A stretch of 64,000 bases of DNA from positions 9,934 to 73,933 of the forward strand of contig CALWEM010000027.1 in NCBI GenBank assembly GCA_944377315.1, written 5' to 3'. Position numbers and translations under genes: made by a program. Under the pieces are notes generated by a model. The model made no database searches. It saw only the letters and a program-made list of their open reading frames with translations, and was not told the origin of the DNA. The DNA is from an uncultured Clostridia bacterium. Lineage in GTDB: Bacteria; Bacillota; Clostridia; Christensenellales; UBA1242. This document shows, piece after piece, positions 35,405-44,153 of the stretch (its first letter is position 1; every line of letters starts with the position of its first letter).

Positions 35405-35860
35405 CTATTTATTATACTTTTTGCCTGAAATTATGGTGAAAGCACGATAAATTTGCTCCAAAAGCATAATTCGAAAAAGATTGTGCGGAAAAGTCATTTT
35501 GGAAAAAGATATCTTTTTTTGGCACGCCGATTTCACTTCTGCACTCACACCATATGAGCCACCAACAACAAAGGTTATTTTTGAGTTCTCTTGTGCCAAT
35601 TTTTCAAGTTCAGCACTGAAATTTTCACTGGAAAACTCCTTTCCTTCAAGGTCGCAAAGATATGTCATTGGAGTGATGTTTTTCAAAATCTCTTCTCCTT
35701 CCTTTTTCTTGATGAGTTCAATGTTTTCAAACTTGTTTTGTTCCTTGAGTTCGATGATATTGACTTTGCAAAAGCTCGATAAACGCTTTAAGTATTCACT
35801 TTGAGCATCACGCGAAAACTTTTCTTTCAAGTTGCCAACACAGACAAGGTTAATCGTCAT
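35405..35860 (-). CDS. rlmH: 23S rRNA (pseudouridine1915-N3)-methyltransferase RlmH
   Basis: SPOUT fold with VVGGSYG motif. Start at ATG 35860 (MTINLVCVGNLK) overlaps the upstream stop as ATGA. Confidence 0.9.
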   Translation of the reverse strand: MTINLVCVGNLKEKFSRDAQSEYLKRLSSFCKVNIIELKEQNKFENIELIKKKEGEEILKNITPMTYLCDLEGKEFSSENFSAELEKLAQENSKITFVVGGSYGVSAEVKSACQKKISFSKMTFPHNLFRIMLLEQIYRAFTIISGKKYNK

Positions 35861-37029
35861 CATAAAAGCCCCCAAATGAGAGTGAAGATTGTCACAGCGG
35901 ACATCAAAACAATTGAGCTTATGGTAAGAATTTTGGTACGAGTTTCCATTTTCTCTTTTTTGGGAATCAAATTGTCCAAATTTTTGCCATATTCTTTAAG
36001 TTCCGACTGGCTCATCTCCCCTAAATCTTCAAAAGAGATGATTTTAAACTCCTTCATTTTTTCCGGCTCTTTGTCAAGGTCGCCACTCTTTATTCTTTCA
36101 ATATCATTAAAGAAATTCACGCGTGTGGTTAAATCTTTGACATATTTTTGCTTTTCTTTTATGCTGTCTTCAAAACTATATTTTAAGAGCAGTTTGACAA
36201 GATAGAAAAGAAGAAAAATAAGCACCAAAACAATGATGAGAATTGTCACAAAGCCCAAAATAGTGTTCTCCATTGTCAAGGCGTTCAGTTTGGAGAAAAT
36301 CCCGCCAGAGATGATTTTGGCGTTGGTCAAATATGAGAGCGTGACACCAATTGCGTTATTCAGAAAGTGGATTATCATTGTCGGATACACGCTTTCGGTG
36401 ACATACAAAATAAAGTTAAGGAAAATGCCGATGAGTGTGGCATAGAAAAATTGCTCAATATTCATATGAAGAAGCCCAAACATCAGCCCGGTCAAAAGAA
36501 TATTGTTTTTGAAGCCGATGTTTTCATTTCCAAAAAGGAGCATTCCGCGATGCAAATTTTCTTCGCAAATTGCTGGAAGTATTGCTGTGAAAATAAGTCC
36601 CAGAATAAGCGTCCAAATGTTCACCGATGAAGACGAAGATGAAGAAAACTCATAGCCAACGCTTTTCAATATTACATTGAAAAAACTTGCCACAAAGATA
36701 TTCAAAAAATACACCACGATGCCCAGCCCAACCGAGATGAGAATAACACGCCACGAGATTTTTTTGTAGGAAAAGCAAAAGAATACTTTTTTCAAACTTT
36801 TTTTCGTTAAAAACTTGAACATAAAAATGGAAAAGAAAAAGAGTAAGCCAACTTGCAAAACGCCGTTGACGATATATTTCCCATACTCACCCAAAAATGA
36901 CAATAAACCAAAATGGTTCAGCATTCTTATTGTCACAAAAACGCAAACCACAATAAAGTATATTAAACTTGAAGCAAATGCATATTTTTTACTCACAATC
37001 AAACCTCTATATATTCTATTATTAAGCAA
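35860..37029 (-). CDS. CPBP-family intramembrane glutamic endopeptidase, long form
   Basis: Motifs CEENLHRG, FGLLHMN and IHFLNNA with multiple TM helices; C-terminal charged extension and a final TM. Confidence 0.85.
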   Translation of the reverse strand: MLNNRIYRGLIVSKKYAFASSLIYFIVVCVFVTIRMLNHFGLLSFLGEYGKYIVNGVLQVGLLFFFSIFMFKFLTKKSLKKVFFCFSYKKISWRVILISVGLGIVVYFLNIFVASFFNVILKSVGYEFSSSSSSSVNIWTLILGLIFTAILPAICEENLHRGMLLFGNENIGFKNNILLTGLMFGLLHMNIEQFFYATLIGIFLNFILYVTESVYPTMIIHFLNNAIGVTLSYLTNAKIISGGIFSKLNALTMENTILGFVTILIIVLVLIFLLFYLVKLLLKYSFEDSIKEKQKYVKDLTTRVNFFNDIERIKSGDLDKEPEKMKEFKIISFEDLGEMSQSELKEYGKNLDNLIPKKEKMETRTKILTISSIVLMSAVTIFTLIWGLL

Positions 37030-38053
37030 TGATATTTATCACAAGAAAGACAAGTGCAAGTGCCATCCCCGCATACATTGTGAGCGGAAGTTTGCCCACA
37101 AACACCGGTTCTTCACCGACATATTCTTCTTCGTCTTCCTTTTTTGAAGAAAAATCTTTTTTGCGAAGAAAGAAGAAATAGAAAAGGAAGAAAAGTCCAC
37201 CCACAACAAGTGCCAAAACAAGAGAAACCACCACATACACCCAATTTATAGGCAAATTCAAGTTGATAGCACCGATATTTATTAGATATTGAATGGTCAC
37301 TGTGGTGAAATTGTTGAAGAAATGGAAAAGTATGGTGTATAAAAGATTGTTGGTTTTGTTCATAATGATGGCAAACACCATACCCATAATGAAAGGATAA
37401 ATGAATTGGTTAAGATTTTGGTGAATAAGTGCAAAAAGCAAACTCGACAAAACAATTGCCCAAACACTGCCAATTCCCCTTTTCAAACCGCTGAAAATGA
37501 CACCACGGAAGATTAATTCTTCACAAATTGCCGGCAAAACTGCAAAAAAGACAACATAAAAGACATACCAACCAAAATTGTTGAGTGGAATTGGATTTTC
37601 TTGTGACGAAATTCCCCACATATCAAAAAGCGTGCCAAAGCAACCTTCCACGAGTCCAAAAAGCCCAATCACAAAAATAATCCCAAAAAGACAGCAGAAA
37701 ACTGTGGTCAATGGGTCAACTTTTTTGAATTTCACTTTGACAGCAGAAAGAGTTATGTGATTTATCTTGTTATATATGAAAAACAAAGAAATGAAAGTGA
37801 TTTCTGCAAGCAAAGTGTATGGAATCGAAAACCAAAGATAGTTGTCATACAAAGTCCGAATCCAACTCTCTCCTTCCACAAAAGTTATGCCAGCACCCTT
37901 TGCAATTGCGAACCCCAAATATGAAAAAATGAGCGAAAGGACAAAGGGAATGATTAAAGCATACAAAAACACCTTTCCTGCATCATTAAGATTATAGAAA
38001 TTTCGTTTTGCCACAACATTTTTAAATTCTTTTTCATTAACAATTTTTGCCAT
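37022..38053 (-). CDS. CPBP-family intramembrane glutamic endopeptidase
   Basis: Motifs CEELIFRG, FALIHQN and FHFFNNF with multiple TM helices. Confidence 0.85.
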   Translation of the reverse strand: MAKIVNEKEFKNVVAKRNFYNLNDAGKVFLYALIIPFVLSLIFSYLGFAIAKGAGITFVEGESWIRTLYDNYLWFSIPYTLLAEITFISLFFIYNKINHITLSAVKVKFKKVDPLTTVFCCLFGIIFVIGLFGLVEGCFGTLFDMWGISSQENPIPLNNFGWYVFYVVFFAVLPAICEELIFRGVIFSGLKRGIGSVWAIVLSSLLFALIHQNLNQFIYPFIMGMVFAIIMNKTNNLLYTILFHFFNNFTTVTIQYLINIGAINLNLPINWVYVVVSLVLALVVGGLFFLFYFFFLRKKDFSSKKEDEEEYVGEEPVFVGKLPLTMYAGMALALVFLVINIIA

Positions 38054-38132
38054 AACTAAAATATATCACAATTTTAAGAAAAAAACAACAATATTAGTGG
38101 ACATACAAAAATTTTTGCGGTAAAATAATGAA

Positions 38133-38585
38133 ATGAAAAATGAAAAGGATTTTATGGCTGTTGCCATTAATGAAGCAAAAAGGGCTCTCAAAAAAGGTGA
38201 AGTGCCGATTGGTGCGTGTGTTGTCAAAAATGGAAAAGTGATTGCAAAAGGCTTTAATTGTCGCGAAAAAACAAAAAATGCCACCAAACACGCCGAAATT
38301 GTTGCCATCACAAAAGCCTGCCGAAAACTTCACGACTGGCGTCTTGCCGATTGTGAAATATATGTCACTTTGAAGCCTTGCCCAATGTGTGCTGGTGCAA
38401 TTGTCAATGCCCGCATAAAAACTTGCCACTATGGCGCGGATGAAACAAATTCCACTGACAACTTGTGTGAGCAGATTTTTTCCAGCAACCGCCTTAATCA
38501 TAAAACAGAGATAAGAAAAGACGAGAACGCGTCCGAAACTTGTTCTCATCTTCTTTCAACATTCTTTAAGCAAAAAAGGAAATGA
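38133..38585 (+). CDS. tadA: tRNA adenosine(34) deaminase TadA
   Basis: HAEIVAI and PCPMCAGA zinc motifs. Confidence 0.93.
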   Translation: MKNEKDFMAVAINEAKRALKKGEVPIGACVVKNGKVIAKGFNCREKTKNATKHAEIVAITKACRKLHDWRLADCEIYVTLKPCPMCAGAIVNARIKTCHYGADETNSTDNLCEQIFSSNRLNHKTEIRKDENASETCSHLLSTFFKQKRK

Positions 38586-38587
38586 TT

Positions 38588-41500
38588 TTATTCCAAGCAA
38601 ACAAAAGTTTCCACGCAAACAGTGATTCGAACACCCAAAATTTCTGTCATTTTTGCTTGTAGCCCGGTTTTCCCGCCTGCCGATATGCATTCCGCATTAC
38701 CCAAATTTGAGCCAACATCGCGTGTGTAGTAAAGTAAATTTCCGCCCAAAAGGTCAGTGACAAGGTCGGAAAACTTCACTGCATAGTTTCCATCTCCAAA
38801 CACTTCATCCATATCTTCTTTTGATGATAACACACAGCTCAAATCCTTTGGATTTTCCACCACATTTTCTCCATCCGCCGTTTTGAAGTTTTTGATATTC
38901 AAATCCCAATCTATTGTTGTTAAATAATAATCTTCAAGAAAAAGACTAAAATCAACTTCGACATAAAAATCAAGATCCCCATATAAATCTGAATCCAAAT
39001 ATCCTTGTCCAAGCCCCAGTGAATTTTCTGTGACATACATCCAAGGAAGCATATAGACAATGTCTTCGGTGATTGCCATAATTTTTTCATCGTCAACTGC
39101 ATTACCTTCGGTATAATCACCCGAAAGAATGAATCGCACCGGCTCAACAAGATAATATCTTCCTATCTCTTCAACGCTGTCATCTTCCATTACTTCTTCA
39201 CTATTTAATATTATATAAGCATACTCTTCATTATCTAATAAATAAGTATCATATGTGATATTAAAACCAAAAAATAATGACGAATTATATATATCGAAAT
39301 TTGCTCTCTTTTCATCAAGTTCGGCAATTTTAACTTCGTCTTCAAGGCGGGTTTGTGGAATACTTCCCATTTCAAGATACCAATAGCCTTTTTCTTCATC
39401 GAATTTGGCTTCATTCTTGACTTCCCAATGTGCGTATATTGTGGTGTCAGTCGTGGTGAACTCATCACGATTTGTTTGCACCATTCCATATTTGTCCATA
39501 ATCAAAATACCATCTTCTGTGTAATACCCTTCAAAAGTGTAGCCAGTGCGTTTCGGCAATGATGACACATTGAGTGCGGTAAACTTGGTGCCTTCAGTGC
39601 AGTTTTGTGAGAGATAGAAGCCGTCACTATACTTCAAATAAACAACACCAACGCTACTTGTACCGCCACCCATCTCCAAGGTGATTGTGAGAATATCGCT
39701 CTCCCAAACAGCAAACATTGTGACGCTTGCCGGCTCGTTATAGGCACTTGTGAATGTGAAAGATGCTCCCGAAGTGTAAGTTGGCTCGGTGGCAGAACTG
39801 TCCGCTGACCAGCCTTTGAAAACATAGCCCGGACGAGTTGGCACAGTGGAAGTTATTGTCATTGCAGATGATTGCAACGCATTGCCATATTGATTCCAGC
39901 GTTGCAAGCCAGTGGTGTCTTCGCCTGAATATGTCCCGCCATTTCCGTCATATGAAACTGTGACATCACGATTTGAAATGGCGAATAAACTCGCATTCGA
40001 TGATGACGAAATTGATTGACCTGGCAAACTCCCCGTGACTGCCGATCGAGTTCTTCCCCAAGAATAAAACACCCATCCATTTTGGTCATACATATCATCG
40101 ACTTCATCAGCACCCAGAATGACAAACGAACCAGAATGTGGTTGTGAAAAACCGCTTGTTGAGCCATCGTTTTTGCGATAGTAATATTTAGTTTCATATA
40201 TATGTTCATCGGCTTGAATGGCAATAAACATATCGGTGTTCACAGTGATTGTGGTTGTTATGTCAGTTGAAATTGTGACCGGATTTGACAATTGTGAACC
40301 TGCAAAAAGCCTTCCCCATCCACTAAAATAGCCATTTTCGTTCACTTCGCCAGTGAGAGTCACTTGTGTGCCCGCGTCCACCTTGACTTCTTTATATCTT
40401 CCCCGCTCATCTTCCTGCCAAACAGCACTTTCAAAATCGACATCTGGTGAAGAAAACATAAACCACTCATTTTCGTAAACCCGAAGGCTGAATTCTGGCG
40501 GTTGCAAATGTGGAAGCCCATAATTTATGTTTTCATCAATCGCCCAAACACTCTCAAAATCCCAAGGATAAGTCGTGTCCCAATTATCAGCATTTGTATA
40601 CCAACTTTCATCAAATAATGTTTCCTTGGAAAGTGAAATAGTTTTAAACGCGGAATTAATAGATCCTTGTTCTTCAACTGAATAATAATAAAACGTTCTG
40701 TTGTATGGATTCATTGAACCAAATAACGAATCATTAAAAAAATCATATGGTGAAAGATAAATATAGTTAATATGCTGAATTGCTGGCACAAAACAGCAAT
40801 ATACTGTGCCAATTCCCATAGCCCCGTAACCTCCTCCATCCGGGGTGTTTTTTCTCCCAACAAACGCATACGAAAAAGAATTTTTTGCAAAAGGTGTCAC
40901 TCCACAAAGACCACCATTTGTGGTAGCAGTTTCAGCATATGAAACATATACATACAAATTTCCAATATTATAGCAGTTTTGTATTCCACCAATTCTAAAA
41001 TCATCACGAGTAGGATCATAACTGGAATTTACAAATCCAACTATTCCGCCACCATAATAGCCATAGATATGTATATTGCCAATATTATAACAATTTACAA
41101 TAAAGAAAGTGCAACCAGTGCTTGTATTAGCAATAAAACGCCCAGCAATCCCTCCAACATATTCGCTTGCGAAAATTTCACCTTCATTATAGCATTCTAA
41201 AACTAAATCAGCAGTTAAAGAAAAACCAGTACTACTTGTCTTAACATATCCAACAATTCCGCCAACATTTAAGTGTTGACTTTCATAACTCACATCCAAA
41301 TAACTATCATCATTTATACTTCCGTGATTTGAACAATAAGATATTGAACGTTCACGTCTAGATGGAATAAATTTCCCCACAATACCACCAGTGCAAGAAA
41401 GTTCGTCAGCAGCAAAACCAGATTGTGGACCAATTATATCGCAATAGTTATGGCAATTATAAATCGTTGTGCTTGATGCATAGCCAACAACTGCTCCAAA

Positions 41501-42064
41501 ATAACCAACACCCCCACCTAGCAACGGCGAAGTGTTGTTGTCATCCTTTATCACCACATTCTTTATTGTTGCACCCACCGTATAGCCAAAAAGACCTTTA
41601 TATGTTCCTTGGAATTGATAACCGCCTAACCCAGAAATTGCGAAACCACCGCCATCATATGTCCCACGAAAAGGATTTCCCGGCGTTTCTGATTGAGATG
41701 AGCCAATCGGCTCCCACATATGTGCCGACAAATCAAGGTCAGCAGTTTGAATGAAAGTTGCTTTTTGCCACCACACATTCGCGTCATCACCATTTTCAGA
41801 ATTTACTCTGTATGAAAGCCACGCCAAATGCTGTGGAGTTTCAATGTATGCATAATATGTCGTCCCAATCATTGTCCTTTTGGTTGGCACTGCCCAATTT
41901 CCAGTGTCTGTCCAAAAGCCCGTTGCAGTCGAAGTGATTTCATTGTTTTGGAATTGGTCTTTTTTGTCATCATCAAAAAGAAAGAATGAGCCAAAAATTA
42001 ACAAGGCAATCAATATTGCTGAAAAAACACATATAGAAAGGATTTTCGATAATTTTTTTGTCAT
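38588..42064 (-). CDS. Giant surface protein B, paralog of 31793..35317
   Basis: 1158 aa with MTKKLSKILSICVFSAILIALLIF anchor, GLUG-type repeats, PTRPGYVFKGWS and PKRTGYTFEGYY repeats, and C-terminus YYTRDVGSNLGN...LGVRITV. GGAGAGAG RBS. Confidence 0.88.
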   Translation of the reverse strand: MTKKLSKILSICVFSAILIALLIFGSFFLFDDDKKDQFQNNEITSTATGFWTDTGNWAVPTKRTMIGTTYYAYIETPQHLAWLSYRVNSENGDDANVWWQKATFIQTADLDLSAHMWEPIGSSQSETPGNPFRGTYDGGGFAISGLGGYQFQGTYKGLFGYTVGATIKNVVIKDDNNTSPLLGGGVGYFGAVVGYASSTTIYNCHNYCDIIGPQSGFAADELSCTGGIVGKFIPSRRERSISYCSNHGSINDDSYLDVSYESQHLNVGGIVGYVKTSSTGFSLTADLVLECYNEGEIFASEYVGGIAGRFIANTSTGCTFFIVNCYNIGNIHIYGYYGGGIVGFVNSSYDPTRDDFRIGGIQNCYNIGNLYVYVSYAETATTNGGLCGVTPFAKNSFSYAFVGRKNTPDGGGYGAMGIGTVYCCFVPAIQHINYIYLSPYDFFNDSLFGSMNPYNRTFYYYSVEEQGSINSAFKTISLSKETLFDESWYTNADNWDTTYPWDFESVWAIDENINYGLPHLQPPEFSLRVYENEWFMFSSPDVDFESAVWQEDERGRYKEVKVDAGTQVTLTGEVNENGYFSGWGRLFAGSQLSNPVTISTDITTTITVNTDMFIAIQADEHIYETKYYYRKNDGSTSGFSQPHSGSFVILGADEVDDMYDQNGWVFYSWGRTRSAVTGSLPGQSISSSSNASLFAISNRDVTVSYDGNGGTYSGEDTTGLQRWNQYGNALQSSAMTITSTVPTRPGYVFKGWSADSSATEPTYTSGASFTFTSAYNEPASVTMFAVWESDILTITLEMGGGTSSVGVVYLKYSDGFYLSQNCTEGTKFTALNVSSLPKRTGYTFEGYYTEDGILIMDKYGMVQTNRDEFTTTDTTIYAHWEVKNEAKFDEEKGYWYLEMGSIPQTRLEDEVKIAELDEKRANFDIYNSSLFFGFNITYDTYLLDNEEYAYIILNSEEVMEDDSVEEIGRYYLVEPVRFILSGDYTEGNAVDDEKIMAITEDIVYMLPWMYVTENSLGLGQGYLDSDLYGDLDFYVEVDFSLFLEDYYLTTIDWDLNIKNFKTADGENVVENPKDLSCVLSSKEDMDEVFGDGNYAVKFSDLVTDLLGGNLLYYTRDVGSNLGNAECISAGGKTGLQAKMTEILGVRITVCVETFVCLE

Positions 42065-42115
42065 TCACTCTCTCCATTTTTTTATTTGTTAAAGAATTAA
42101 CATTTTTCATTTTTG

Positions 42116-42143
42116 ATTTTATCAAATACCCCCCCCGTGTCAA
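42116..42143 (-). promoter_or_regulatory. Promoter of surface protein B with a G8 tract in the spacer
   Basis: Minus strand TTGACA-cGGGGGGGGtatttga-TAAAAT: 16-nt spacer, TGn extended -10. The homopolymer is at 42129-42136. Confidence 0.7.
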
Positions 42144-42275
42144 CTTTTTTGTGGTAGTTTTGAAAAATTTTTAAAGAAAAATTTAATAAAAAAAGAGAGA
42201 AAGTTTTTGCCTAAAAACCACTTCTTATTCTCTCTCAAAAATATATTTTTATGAATAGCAATTTTTTAATAACAC

Positions 42276-42306
42276 AAAAAGAAAAAAGATAGGAATTTTC
42301 CTATCT
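42276..42306 (-). terminator. Rho-independent terminator of the SHOCT gene
   Basis: Minus strand AGATAGGAA-AA-TTCCTATCT followed by TTTTTTCTTTTT. Confidence 0.7.
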
Positions 42307-42809
42307 CACAAGAGTTCCATCAATTTTTGATTGAATTCTTCTTCGGTGATAACACCATCTTCTTTCATTTTTCTCAATTCTTCAATCTTACGCTTTTTCT
42401 CTTCTTCGCGTCTGTCTTCCATTCGCTCTTCACGGCGTATTTCACTTGGCGAATTGATGATGATTATGTCCGGAATGAACATTGAAATCAAAAGCAAAAT
42501 CCAAGGAATCCAGCCACCTGCCAAGATGATTATAATGAGCCCAGCAATGTAATATCCTTGCGAACGGCGGAAATATTTCCCCTTGTTTCTCACTGCATAG
42601 AGAAGACAAACGCTTCCGATTATTCCTGCCACAACTTCCACAAAAACAAAATATATGCTGTAATATGAAATCATCACAAGATAAACACCCAAGTTCGCAT
42701 AAAGTTCTGGGTCAACGCAGTATATTATGGCAATGACAAGATTTGCCACCATATTGATAAGATTGATTATTGCAGAACTTAAAATCAAATTTCGTTTTGT
42801 TTTGTTCAT
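42306..42809 (-). CDS. SHOCT-domain membrane protein
   Basis: 4 TM helices, then C-terminal EDGVITEEEFNQKLMELL (SHOCT). Start set to the ATG at 42809. Confidence 0.8.
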   Translation of the reverse strand: MNKTKRNLILSSAIINLINMVANLVIAIIYCVDPELYANLGVYLVMISYYSIYFVFVEVVAGIIGSVCLLYAVRNKGKYFRRSQGYYIAGLIIIILAGGWIPWILLLISMFIPDIIIINSPSEIRREERMEDRREEEKKRKIEELRKMKEDGVITEEEFNQKLMELL

Positions 42810-42991
42810 ATTTTTCCCTTTTATTATCAACTTTGAAGTTATTATTCCCCCAATTCGCTGATAATTAACATTATGCTAACATTTTTTTGAAATATTTGTC
42901 AAATCATTTTGAAAAAAAACGATTTTGTGCTAAAAATATCTAGTAAGCAAATTTTGAAAAATTTTTTTATATAATGAAAAGGGGCAAAATT

Positions 42992-43777
42992 ATGAGAATT
43001 GAAAAAAGATTGGTGGTTATCACTGGCGCTTCAAGTGGAATCGGCTTGGGGCTTAAAAAAATGTTTGAAAAAAAAGGCGACAAAGTCATTGATATCTCCC
43101 TTGACGGCGCGGATTATAAATGCGATGTCGGAAATGACGCCGAACTCAAAAAATGTTTTGACGATATCTATCTCAACAATGGCGAGATTGACATTTTGGT
43201 GACCTGTGCTGGCTATGGACTTTCAGGTGCTGTGGAACTTCTCCCAGAATCTTCCGCTCGCAAACAATTTGATGTCAACTTCTTTGGCACAAGCAATGCC
43301 TGCAAATATGCCATTCCAATGATGAAGAAAAAATCAAAAATTGTCATCATCTCTTCTGCTACTGCACTCTTCCCTGTGCCTTTCAAAACCTATTATTCAG
43401 CAAGCAAAGCCGCTGTCAACAGTTTTGCACAAGGACTCAAAATGGAACTTTCCAAAACCGGCATTGATGTGACTTCCATCTGCCCTGGTGATATCAAAAC
43501 AAACTTCTCGAAAAACCGCGACAAACACTATGACACAAACGAAAGATATGGCAAATCAATTGAACTTTCCACAAAACCGACTGAAAAAACGGAAAAAAGA
43601 AGAATGTCGCCAGAATACGCCGTCAAAAAAATTATGAAAGTGATTGAAAAAAGGAAATTTAAGCCACAATATGTCATCGGCAAGCAATATCACATCTTCT
43701 ATGCTTTCAAACGCACGGTGACCACAAATTTCTTGAATAAATGCATCACCAAAATTTTCTATAAAACTGAAAAATAA
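42992..43777 (+). CDS. SDR family oxidoreductase
   Basis: TGASSGIG, CAG and YSASKAA motifs. Start at ATG 42992 after AAAGGGG. Confidence 0.85.
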   Translation: MRIEKRLVVITGASSGIGLGLKKMFEKKGDKVIDISLDGADYKCDVGNDAELKKCFDDIYLNNGEIDILVTCAGYGLSGAVELLPESSARKQFDVNFFGTSNACKYAIPMMKKKSKIVIISSATALFPVPFKTYYSASKAAVNSFAQGLKMELSKTGIDVTSICPGDIKTNFSKNRDKHYDTNERYGKSIELSTKPTEKTEKRRMSPEYAVKKIMKVIEKRKFKPQYVIGKQYHIFYAFKRTVTTNFLNKCITKIFYKTEK

Positions 43778-43835
43778 CATAAAAGTTTGTCACACTTTCC
43801 CTGTTTTCAAATATGATGATAATGGAGGGACAAAA

Positions 43836-43997
43836 ATGATTTATCAAAACAAATACTGTCAAGGTCATTGCGTAAATCTTCGTCCTTGCCACACACCACC
43901 ATTTCCACCTTGCTTTGATGTGTGTCCAAATTGTCAAAATTCTGATGAAATTTTGATGTTCCTTATTGGTTACACAATTGGTAGATGTTGTAAATAA
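43836..43997 (+). CDS. Unannotated 53-aa cysteine-rich small protein
   Basis: Below the track size cut-off. ATGGAGGG RBS 6 nt before the ATG. Translates MIYQNKYCQGHCVNLRPCHTPPFPPCFDVCPNCQNSDEILMFLIGYTIGRCCK (9 Cys). A terminator follows at 44043. Confidence 0.55.
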   Translation: MIYQNKYCQGHCVNLRPCHTPPFPPCFDVCPNCQNSDEILMFLIGYTIGRCCK

Positions 43998-44042
43998 TTG
44001 ATAGTATCCCCTTCAAAAACAAAAGAAAAAAATAATGGTGGC

Positions 44043-44078
44043 AAAAAAGGTGTCGATTTTGACACCTTTTTTCTTTTT
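44043..44078. terminator. Bidirectional terminator
   Basis: An A run, then AAGGTGTC-GATTTT-GACACCTT, then a T run. Confidence 0.75.
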
Positions 44079-44113
44079 TGAAAAATTATTCATCTTTTTG
44101 TATATTTATTATA

Positions 44114-44136
44114 GTAGTATGCAATGTAGTATGCAA
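44114..44136. repeat. Direct repeat of the TATGCA half-site
   Basis: GTAGTATGCAA-T-GTAGTATGCAA, 18 nt after the pepF stop. Confidence 0.7.
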
Positions 44137-44153
44137 GGAAAATTTGATAAAAT

